DNA of 25,165 nucleotides from an uncultured archaeon (GTDB taxonomy: Archaea; Aenigmatarchaeota; Aenigmatarchaeia; QMZP01; QMZT01), in contig CAYGVQ010000002.1 of the NCBI GenBank assembly GCA_964353515.1, positions 1-25,165 on the forward strand, given 5' to 3'. The notes under the pieces are model-generated. The model was not told where the DNA came from and did no database searches. It saw only the letters and a program-made list of their open reading frames with translations. Made by a program: the position numbers and the translations under genes. Below are positions 17,895 through 25,165 of this stretch, piece by piece (position 1 is the stretch's first letter; each line of letters starts with the position of its first letter).

Positions 17895-18995
17895 ATGAAT
17901 CCAAAAATGAACTTAGATGAAAAAAACATGAAGATATTCAAATGGAAAGAAAACCCCTTCAATTTCAGGATCATGCCCGAGCTTTTTGTCGGCTACATCA
18001 GAGAAACGGAAAAGCTAGCTAAGAGCATACAAAACAATGATAAGTTGTCAATACTTATGGGCCCTACAGGTTCTGGAAAAACGACTCTCCTCAAATTTTT
18101 AATGAAAAAATTCGAGAAACAAAGAAAGATCTTCTATCTTTCAAAGCCGCCGAGTAACCCAGAGGACTGGGTGAAGATATTCACTAACTTCATGCATTTG
18201 GGTATGCTGGATAAGCTATTTTCACGCAGTAAAGACGTTAACATCTACAATCTTAGTGAATGGGTGAACAATAAAATGAAGAAAAGGAAAATGATACTTT
18301 TCGTGGATGAAGTTCATGAAGCAGGCACAGAAACGCTTGAGTGGCTTAGAACATTAACAGACCAGATAGATAACCTATCCGTTGTTATAGCTGGGTTGCC
18401 TGGTCTCGAAGCAATGCTTAGGGACAGGCTCGAAACATTCATGAGAAGAGTAAATGTTAAAGTTGAACTTTCAAATTTAACAAAACCAGAGACCAGAGAA
18501 CTTATCAAAACAAGAATAGAGTGGGTAGGAGGAGAAGACATAAAGCCCTTTACATCGGAGACAGTAGAACGCATATATGAAAAGACTGGCGGCTTCCCAA
18601 GGGAAATCATAAGAATGTGCAATGATCTTGTTCAAAATGCTATTCAAGAAAACATAACAACAATAGACATGAGCTTCCTGAGAGATGCAGATTTTTACCC
18701 GAAAACACAAAAAACCTCACTAATGTCCTTGTCTTCTACTAACAATCTTAATGGCATACCCTCGAAACAGCGCCATATAATCGAAATATTATGGAAATAT
18801 GGAGAACTAACGCCAACTGAAATTGTTGAAAAAATGGACACAGATGATTACAAGAGCAAAGATAACGCAATAAGATCGATTAATAACATTCTTAAGAGAC
18901 TTGTCAAAGATGGGACGATAATAAGGAAAAGAAGGGGGAAAAGTTATCAATATTTGCTTTCAGACAAAATAAGAACACTAATGGTCCACGCATAA
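17895..18995 (+). CDS. ExeA/GspA-like AAA+ ATPase with C-terminal winged helix
   Basis: WKENPF N-terminal motif, Walker A GPTGSGKT, Walker B LFVDEVH, sensor TGGFPR, and C-terminal wHTH (LTPTEIVEKM...INNILKRLVKDGTIIRKRRGKSYQY). Confidence 0.85.
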   Translation: MNPKMNLDEKNMKIFKWKENPFNFRIMPELFVGYIRETEKLAKSIQNNDKLSILMGPTGSGKTTLLKFLMKKFEKQRKIFYLSKPPSNPEDWVKIFTNFMHLGMLDKLFSRSKDVNIYNLSEWVNNKMKKRKMILFVDEVHEAGTETLEWLRTLTDQIDNLSVVIAGLPGLEAMLRDRLETFMRRVNVKVELSNLTKPETRELIKTRIEWVGGEDIKPFTSETVERIYEKTGGFPREIIRMCNDLVQNAIQENITTIDMSFLRDADFYPKTQKTSLMSLSSTNNLNGIPSKQRHIIEILWKYGELTPTEIVEKMDTDDYKSKDNAIRSINNILKRLVKDGTIIRKRRGKSYQYLLSDKIRTLMVHA

Positions 18996-19048
18996 ATTTT
19001 TAAATAGCTTATTCCCAAATATAATATCATTATCGAGGGAGGGTCTTT

Positions 19049-19312
19049 ATGGCTGAAGAAAGAGTAAGAAGCAGGGAGCTTATAGGAAAGATTCTGATTT
19101 CAGAGGAAAGCGGAAAGAAATTCGGAGTCGTCGGCGATCTCGACTACATCGTTGAATCTGGTGAACTTATAAACTTGGTTTTGGTCCAGCCGACAAAGCA
19201 CGCAGGCGAACTTAACCTGCAGGAAGATGATAAAGGCAGAACTCTTGTCCCGTTCTCTGCGGTGAAGTCAGTAGGGGATTTCGTGATAGTATCCGAGAAG
19301 GACATAATCTAA
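19049..19312 (+). CDS. PRC-barrel protein (CdpB-like cell-division candidate)
   Basis: 87 aa; ELIGKILISEESGKKFGVVGDL...LVPFSAVKSVGDFVIV is a single-PRC-barrel pattern; SD GGAGGG. Confidence 0.85.
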   Translation: MAEERVRSRELIGKILISEESGKKFGVVGDLDYIVESGELINLVLVQPTKHAGELNLQEDDKGRTLVPFSAVKSVGDFVIVSEKDII

Positions 19313-19351
19313 ACCTTTATTTTAGCCTTCTTTTTAGCGATAGATATAAAT

Positions 19352-19366
19352 TTTGACCCGGTCAAA
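19352..19366. promoter_or_regulatory. Palindromic operator candidate
   Basis: Perfect TTTGACC-C-GGTCAAA between TATAAA (19345-19350) and the ATG at 19376. Confidence 0.65.
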
Positions 19367-19375
19367 TATATAATC

Positions 19376-19705
19376 ATGGCTAGGAAAGACTATTATAAGA
19401 ACACAATAAAAAACGTTATACAGATCTTCAATTTGCTCAAGGAATCGGAAAAAAGAGGGGAGCTTATAACCGTTTCTAAAATTTCTAAGATGACAGGCCT
19501 CCACAAATGGACCGTTTCGCGGACCCTGGACCTTTATATGTCGCCTTATGTCGAAATAATGGTTCCGGAAGGCTTTGAGGATGTTGGTCTTAAAATAAAA
19601 TTTGTCAAGCTAAAGAACCCGAATATGACGAAGGAGCAGGTTTTAAGGTTTCTTAAGCTGCGAAGTCTCACTTTTAGTCCCTCACACCTTCAGTCACAAC
19701 CCTGA
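19376..19705 (+). CDS. Small winged-helix DNA-binding protein
   Basis: HTH pattern [24 protein letters not shown] followed by wing strands; the last 32 bp overlap the 3' end of radA. Confidence 0.8.
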   Translation: MARKDYYKNTIKNVIQIFNLLKESEKRGELITVSKISKMTGLHKWTVSRTLDLYMSPYVEIMVPEGFEDVGLKIKFVKLKNPNMTKEQVLRFLKLRSLTFSPSHLQSQP

Positions 19706-20609
19706 AGATAGTTTCTCCTTCCGGGAGATTGGGGGAATCTATCAATTTTGCTATCCTCCTATCTTCCTTTGATTTTCTCAGGTATACCCTGTAAGTGGCC
19801 TGATGACCTACTATATGGCCGCCTATAGGAGCGGTCGGGTCTCCGAAAAGAACATCCGGTCTTGACATGACCTGGTTTGTTACATAAACAACAAGGTTGT
19901 ATACATCCGCCAATCTCTGAAGACGATGTAAATGCCTGTTTAATTTTTGCTGGCGATCAGCAAGCGTCCCCCTGCCGGTATAATCCGACCTAAAGGAGGA
20001 TGTCAGAGAGTCAATTACAATCAGCTTAACTTCACCCTTTTTTATTATATCTTCTGCGCTGTCAAGCAAAAGCACTTGGTGATCCGAATTATATGCCCTC
20101 GCTACGAATATGTTTTCCAGAACCTTTTCGGGGTCTAAACCAAGCCCTTCTGCCATCTGTTTTATCCTTTCAGGTCTGAAGGTTTGCTCCGTATCTATGA
20201 ATACCGCCTTTCCGTCGAGGCCGCCCTTTTCCCTTGGAAGCTGGACCGAAACAGCTAGCTGGTGAGCCAACTGCGACTTGCCCGATCCAAAAGCACCATA
20301 CATTTCTGTTATAGCTTGGGTTTCTACACCACCACCGAGCAACGTGTCCAACGCCTTCGAACATGTGGTTATTTTACCAAGTTTTTCCCTCTTTTTCATG
20401 ACATCTTTCGCGGATTCGAACCCCACCTTTAGTTTTTGCCTTGCTGCCACTATTATCTTGTTAGCGGTATCAACACCTATACCTGTTGCCGCGACCAGCT
20501 CGCCAGCCGAAGACGCCGCTATGCACATGAGATTATCATAACCAGCCTCTATAAACTTTTCCAATGTTTTTTCACCAACACCCGGAAGACTTTCGATATC
20601 CTTGCTCAT
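19674..20609 (-). CDS. radA: DNA repair and recombination protein RadA
   Basis: N-terminal Hh[48 protein letters not shown]; no intein. Confidence 0.98.
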   Translation of the reverse strand: MSKDIESLPGVGEKTLEKFIEAGYDNLMCIAASSAGELVAATGIGVDTANKIIVAARQKLKVGFESAKDVMKKREKLGKITTCSKALDTLLGGGVETQAITEMYGAFGSGKSQLAHQLAVSVQLPREKGGLDGKAVFIDTEQTFRPERIKQMAEGLGLDPEKVLENIFVARAYNSDHQVLLLDSAEDIIKKGEVKLIVIDSLTSSFRSDYTGRGTLADRQQKLNRHLHRLQRLADVYNLVVYVTNQVMSRPDVLFGDPTAPIGGHIVGHQATYRVYLRKSKEDRRIAKLIDSPNLPEGETIFRVVTEGVRD

Positions 20610-20640
20610 ACCAACACCTCACATTATGGGAATTTATATT

Positions 20641-21672
20641 TCATCTTAAATCTTTAATCTTTAACCCCTCCATCTTGCTTAGGAGTTTTTCCGTTTCCCT
20701 TTTAGGGTTTATTTCTTCGACGTCGTTTGCCACGATCTCCATCTTTTCTGTGAATTGATTTTTCTTCGCCCTCCCACGTATTATGAATTCCTTCCCCATC
20801 TGGATATTCTCATATATCTTCAATGTTTCATCGCCACTGAGCGCAAGTTTTCTCAGCGAAGCCATATCCATTCCGAAGACCTTTTCCGCGAGCTCACGGA
20901 AGAAGACTACACGTATATTTCCCGAACCATCATCTATGACACCGGAAAGAATTAGGTTATATTTAGGTTCAACTTTTCCGTGTTCCTTGCACTTCCACCC
21001 GTTCCCTTCTTTTTCCAAACGCAATTCGCATTTGGGACATACTTCAAAGAAAGGATTCCTGCCGAAAACCTGAACAAGCGAAGCCCTGACTTCGACATAT
21101 TCTTCTTCGGAGATCTCAGATATATTTTTTACTTTGATAGCGCCAAAGTCATCTCTAATTTCATCGATTTCAGGCATATTCACCTCGGACTTTGCAATTT
21201 TGCCGGATCTCCCTAGACGCAATTCAATTCCGCCCCTACCATTTTCTTTAACATAACCATTTCTTATGCTTATGACTTCACCCACGTTTATGCCAAGACT
21301 GTTAAGCATATCTATTTCTTCATTCCACAAAGAGAGCCCCAACACACCTGTTTCGTCACCAAGCATTACGTTCACCACACCTTTAGTTCTTCCTTCTCTT
21401 TCGAAATCCCTTCTTTTGGAAATTCTTACAACCCTTCCTGCCACATCAACCGATCTCATGCCAGGAACAATATTCTTTATTTTTAGCCTACGGTCAACGG
21501 TTTCTTTTATAAGATTCACGCCTAATTCTTTGCCCACAATATAAGCTGCTCCTTCAGGTGATACGAGACCGGAAAGCTCTATTTGTTTTTCCTCAATTCT
21601 TTTTTTGATATCATCTTCCGGCAGATTGGCTACTTTGGAGATCTCCTTTACCATGTCCTTTATTGAGAACAT
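20641..21672 (-). CDS. rpa: Replication protein A (OB folds plus Zn finger)
   Basis: N-terminal helical domain (SGLVSPEGAAYIVGKELG), OB LGDETG..LSLW, Zn finger CPKC...CKEH, second OB IDDGSGNIRVVFF. Confidence 0.9.
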   Translation of the reverse strand: MFSIKDMVKEISKVANLPEDDIKKRIEEKQIELSGLVSPEGAAYIVGKELGVNLIKETVDRRLKIKNIVPGMRSVDVAGRVVRISKRRDFEREGRTKGVVNVMLGDETGVLGLSLWNEEIDMLNSLGINVGEVISIRNGYVKENGRGGIELRLGRSGKIAKSEVNMPEIDEIRDDFGAIKVKNISEISEEEYVEVRASLVQVFGRNPFFEVCPKCELRLEKEGNGWKCKEHGKVEPKYNLILSGVIDDGSGNIRVVFFRELAEKVFGMDMASLRKLALSGDETLKIYENIQMGKEFIIRGRAKKNQFTEKMEIVANDVEEINPKRETEKLLSKMEGLKIKDLR

Positions 21673-21701
21673 ATCAACCCTGAATAAAAATTGAGAATTA
21701 G

Positions 21702-21709
21702 TTATAAAA
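21702..21709 (-). promoter_or_regulatory. Candidate TATA box for rpa-radA
   Basis: The minus strand reads TTTTATAA 30 nt upstream of the rpa ATG, followed by an SD-like AGGGTTGA. Confidence 0.45.
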
Positions 21710-21725
21710 GTTTATGTTTAAACCT

Positions 21726-23417
21726 TCATTCGATTACCTTCAAGCCGCTGTATGATTCAAGGACTTTTGCAACCTCCTTCGTTTTCGTTTTGTATGGCGG
21801 TATGTTTTTTTCAACCCACTCCATCACTATTGATGGCTCTTTGTAATATAGGTTGATTAATTTCGCAACATCGTCAAAGTTTGTCAGCCCAAATTTCCTC
21901 ATCCACTCCAAAATACTTACACGTTTTTTAAGCTCTTTGGTCATGTCATCATAGGTCAGGCCCTTTTCGAAAGCCATTTTTTTCAGCAGATAAGATTCTT
22001 CTAGGTTTGCTGAATAGGTATCTGTCGAAGGGCTCCATGAAAAGACCTTTATGGTGTGAGGCGTTCCGGTTTTGGGATCGATTGACTCTATTTCATCGAT
22101 TTCCTTAACCCTCCTTGCTGATTTGCCCCTTTCCCTTGCATGTATCATTACTACAATTAGGTCGAGCGTTTCAACGAGCGTTGGCGAAAGCTCGATGGGC
22201 GGCATCTCTAAACGCTTTATGACATCTTCCAGGGAGCCGGCATGTATCGTTCCCATGGAAGAGTGGCCGCTGGCCATGCCTTGGAACATCACGTAGGCTT
22301 CTTTACCTCTAACCTCGCCGACTATGACATAGTCCGGATTTTGCCTGAAAGACTCCTTCAGCAATTCGAACAGGGTGACCTCGCCATATCTTTTACCCCC
22401 TATTTCAGGCACGCCGAAGCCAATTCTTGAAACGCTTGGTATCCAGTTTTCATGCTGCAGATTCAGTTCACGTGTGTCTTCTATCGAAACAATCTTGTCT
22501 TCAGGAGCAATGAACATGCTCATCACATTGAGGAATGTCGTCTTCCCTGTAGAAACACCGCCGCATATAAGGGTTGACGCCCTCGCTTCGACCATGATCC
22601 AGAGATAGGCCATAAGATCAGACGAAGCTGTGTTGAAATTGATGACGTCTATGGGCGAGAAGGGCTCGACCCTGAACTTGCGGATGGAAAAAGTCGGACC
22701 TTTGGTTGTTACATCCTTCGCTAGTGTTGCCTGGACCCTAGATCCGTCCGGAAGCGAGCCGTCGAGCAAAGGCTTTGCATATGAAATGTATCTTCCGCTG
22801 CGCTCTGCGAGCTTTATGACAAAATTACTGAAATATCCACCATCCTTAAAAACTATGTTGGTCTCAATTGAACCGAATTTCCTATGAATCACGAAAACGG
22901 GTATGTTCAACCCCGGACAGCCAACATCTTCTATGTACGGGTCATGCAGCAGGCCTTCTATTTCGTTGAAGCCGACGAAATCCCTGTAGATGTAGTACAT
23001 TATCTTTACATACGTTTCCTTGGGTAGTTCCATGTTTTCCTCTTCCATTATTTTGCGTAATTTGTCCTCCAGATATTGCAAAATCTTTCCCTCCTCTCTC
23101 ACAGCAGAAAGTTCAACGTCTATTATTTCAAGCAAATCCTTCTTGACGGTTTCGAATATTTCCCTTTCATTTTTTGAAAGACTGGGTTCCAACACCTCAT
23201 AAAAAAGACCCCTTTTCTGCTGGTCCCATCTTATATGTGCATAAACAAAAGGCTCGAGCAAAGGATATTTCAAATCGATTTCTGTTGCCCTCTTAAAGGC
23301 AGGAAAAATTATCAAATGTTTCGGTTCTTTAATCTCTACGTGGGGGTATTCAATTCCCCCTAATTTTCTTATCCCTGCTAGCTTTTTCCTAAGTGACCCC
23401 CTCAGACCCATAAACAC
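21726..23417 (-). CDS. Type II/IV secretion (VirB11/TadA/FlaI-like) pilus assembly ATPase
   Basis: DGSLPDGSRV, FSIRKF, Walker A GGVSTGKT, IEDTREL, RQNPDYVIVGEVRG, His-box GTIHAG. The start is either GTG 23417 or ATG 23411. Confidence 0.95.
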   Translation of the reverse strand: MFMGLRGSLRKKLAGIRKLGGIEYPHVEIKEPKHLIIFPAFKRATEIDLKYPLLEPFVYAHIRWDQQKRGLFYEVLEPSLSKNEREIFETVKKDLLEIIDVELSAVREEGKILQYLEDKLRKIMEEENMELPKETYVKIMYYIYRDFVGFNEIEGLLHDPYIEDVGCPGLNIPVFVIHRKFGSIETNIVFKDGGYFSNFVIKLAERSGRYISYAKPLLDGSLPDGSRVQATLAKDVTTKGPTFSIRKFRVEPFSPIDVINFNTASSDLMAYLWIMVEARASTLICGGVSTGKTTFLNVMSMFIAPEDKIVSIEDTRELNLQHENWIPSVSRIGFGVPEIGGKRYGEVTLFELLKESFRQNPDYVIVGEVRGKEAYVMFQGMASGHSSMGTIHAGSLEDVIKRLEMPPIELSPTLVETLDLIVVMIHARERGKSARRVKEIDEIESIDPKTGTPHTIKVFSWSPSTDTYSANLEESYLLKKMAFEKGLTYDDMTKELKKRVSILEWMRKFGLTNFDDVAKLINLYYKEPSIVMEWVEKNIPPYKTKTKEVAKVLESYSGLKVIE

Positions 23418-23672
23418 CTATCTCTTCTTTTTGATTATCCTTCTGTGCCTAGCACATGAAGGACACGCATACATCTTCGTGGAGGACAGTGAAAGATTTC
23501 TTCTTCCGAGCTCCTTTCTCAGTGAAGGATCAGATATAGAAAAACCTCGGAAAACAGAAAAGGTCTTGTACTTTGGGACCAGTCTTCCGCAAAAACCGCA
23601 TGTTACTAAAGTTTCCCTTCCCCTCATGTGAGTGTGATGCCACCCTCTTTTGTAAGGCTGCCTTCTTGACAT
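23418..23672 (-). CDS. rps26e: 30S ribosomal protein eS26
   Basis: Basic Zn-binding protein: RGRETLVTCGFCGRLVPKYK...DPSLRKEL...MYACPSCARHRRII matches the archaeal eS26 pattern. ATG 23672 follows SD GGTGGGA; the ORF track uses GTG 23681. Confidence 0.85.
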   Translation of the reverse strand: MSRRQPYKRGWHHTHMRGRETLVTCGFCGRLVPKYKTFSVFRGFSISDPSLRKELGRRNLSLSSTKMYACPSCARHRRIIKKKR

Positions 23673-23763
23673 ACGTCCCACCTGCTACAATATTATATTG
23701 AATTGACCTATATAAGAAAAACGATTTTAAATATTAATACATCATAGTTTCGGTGAGGGTTTT

Positions 23764-25165
23764 ATGAAAGACAAGCTGAAGCAGATTTCGACATATGAAT
23801 GGGAACTTGATAAAAATGCCAGGCCCAGGATGAATGTCAAGGCGAAGATCATAGGCAACAAAAAGATCATTGATGGCCTTGAGAATGCGGCAGTTGAACA
23901 GCTAACAAATGTTGCCTGTCTTCCTGGCGTGATAGAACCAGTCATAGGCCTACCTGACATGCACTGGGGCTACGGCCTGCCGATGGGAGCGGTGAGTGCA
24001 TTCGATTTCGAAAATGGCATAATATCATCCGGCCTTTGCGGCTTTGATATAAACTGCGGTGTAAATGCTATAAGAACGGACCTTACATATGATGAGGTGA
24101 AGCCAAAACTCAACGAACTGATATCATCGCTTTTCAAAGCAATCCCATGTGGTGTTGGGGCTAGGGGCAAGCTGAGGCTTACGCACGAGCAGCTCGATCA
24201 GGTTCTGACGCTGGGCGTTAATTGGGTCATAGAAAACAGATACGGCGTCGCAGAAGACAGGCATCATATGGAAGAAAGGGGCTGTATGGAGGGGGGAGAC
24301 CCGAAAAAGGTTTCAGACCTTGCCAAAAGGCGTGGTCTGGATCAGCTGGGAACTCTCGGCGCCGGAAATCATTTTCTTGAAATCCAGAGGGTTTCAGATA
24401 TTTTTGACAGCGAAACTGCGAAAAAATGGGGTATTGAAAACCACGATCAAATTATGATAATGCTTCATTGCGGTTCACGCGGTCTCGGGCATCAAGTCGC
24501 GACAGATTACCTGAAAATCCAGGAAGGGGCGGTGGATAAATACAAGATATGGCTTCCTGACAGACAGCTTGCATGCGCCCCGGCGAAATCAAAAGAGGGT
24601 CAGGATTATTTTCTGGCCATGAAATGCGCTGTGAATTACTCTTTCGCCAATCGTCTGGTAATGACGCAGTGGATTCGCGAGACGTTTGAAAAAGTGTTCG
24701 GCCGCGACTGGGAGGCGATGGGCATGCATACGCTTTATGGCCTCTGTCACAATGTCGTTAAGATAGAAGAGCATAAGATCGAAGGCAAGCACAGAAAGGT
24801 GTATGTTCACAGGAAAGGGTCTACGCGCAGTTTCCCGGGCGACCCCGTGCTCATAGCAGGCACGATGGGAACATCGAGTTACATAATGAAAGGCACGGAA
24901 AAGGCCATGGAAAAAACATTTGGCTCAACAGTTCATGGCGCAGGGCGCGCAATGTCAAGAAGCGAGGCAATAAAAAAATTCTGGGGCGGTAAGGTAAAGG
25001 AAGACCTTGCGAAAAGCGGGATCATTGCACAATCAACACATCCGATGGTTCTCGCAGAAGAAGCACCGATGGCTTATAAAAATGTCGATGACGTGATAGA
25101 AAGTGTGCATGGAATAGGCATTTCGTTAAAAGTCGCTAAAGCGGTTCCTGTAGGCGTTTGCAAGG
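23764..25165 (+). CDS. rtcB: RNA-splicing ligase RtcB, 3'-truncated by the window edge (probably only the last codon or so missing)
   Basis: Manual translation gives an uninterrupted frame from ATG 23764 with LPDMHWGYG, GFDINCG, LGAGNHFLE, MLHCGSRG, CHN, HRKG, HGAGR, AEEAPMAYK, ending ...PVGVCK. SD GGTGAGG upstream. Confidence 0.96.
   Translation, partial: MKDKLKQISTYEWELDKNARPRMNVKAKIIGNKKIIDGLENAAVEQLTNVACLPGVIEPVIGLPDMHWGYGLPMGAVSAFDFENGIISSGLCGFDINCGVNAIRTDLTYDEVKPKLNELISSLFKAIPCGVGARGKLRLTHEQLDQVLTLGVNWVIENRYGVAEDRHHMEERGCMEGGDPKKVSDLAKRRGLDQLGTLGAGNHFLEIQRVSDIFDSETAKKWGIENHDQIMIMLHCGSRGLGHQVATDYLKIQEGAVDKYKIWLPDRQLACAPAKSKEGQDYFLAMKCAVNYSFANRLVMTQWIRETFEKVFGRDWEAMGMHTLYGLCHNVVKIEEHKIEGKHRKVYVHRKGSTRSFPGDPVLIAGTMGTSSYIMKGTEKAMEKTFGSTVHGAGRAMSRSEAIKKFWGGKVKEDLAKSGIIAQSTHPMVLAEEAPMAYKNVDDVIESVHGIGISLKVAKAVPVGVCK

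Noticed and set aside
15721-19353. Recurring ATAAATTT in several intergenic regions
   Set aside because: Consistent with ordinary TATA-box or AT-rich intergenic sequence rather than a specific repeat element.
222-24810. Numerous antisense or alternative-frame ORFs in the track (e.g. 222..1007, 3453..4010, 4470..5036, 5087..5569, 12283..12759, 23742..23960, 23970..24170, 24589..24810)
   Set aside because: They are shadows of well-supported genes on the opposite strand, with S/F/I/L-rich composition typical of antisense translation and no motifs or SD sites.
19674-25165. Possible inteins in RadA and RtcB, both known intein hosts
   Set aside because: Both translate at normal length with continuous motifs and no insertions.

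Overview
A 25-kb, gene-dense chromosomal segment of an archaeon, most likely DPANN (Aenigmatarchaeota-like; the taxonomy is inferred from gene content and protein style, not proven). It is mostly core genes: thermosome, alaS, rpl1-rplP0-rpl12, CCA-adding enzyme, dnaG, an M42 peptidase, thpR, radA, RPA, eS26, endonuclease Q, and rtcB (missed by the ORF track because it runs off the right edge). Accessory or poorly understood genes are two tandem paralogous Cys-rich surface proteins, a coiled-coil protein, a type IV pilin, a VirB11/TadA-type ATPase, an ExeA-like AAA-wHTH ATPase, a PRC-barrel protein, a small wHTH protein, a membrane-anchored OB-fold protein and a YdjM-like/CDP-alcohol phosphotransferase pair. 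The main things the ORF track does not show are a tRNA-Ile with the rare UAU anticodon, a 79-nt structured intron with an imperfect BHB and no encoded CCA; a perfect palindrome (TTTGACC-C-GGTCAAA) between a TATA-like box and the start of the wHTH gene that overlaps radA tail-to-tail; and mutually exclusive GC-rich hairpins upstream of the tRNA. No CRISPR array, rRNA, integrase, transposase or intein was seen. All functional calls come from motif recognition; no database search was run.
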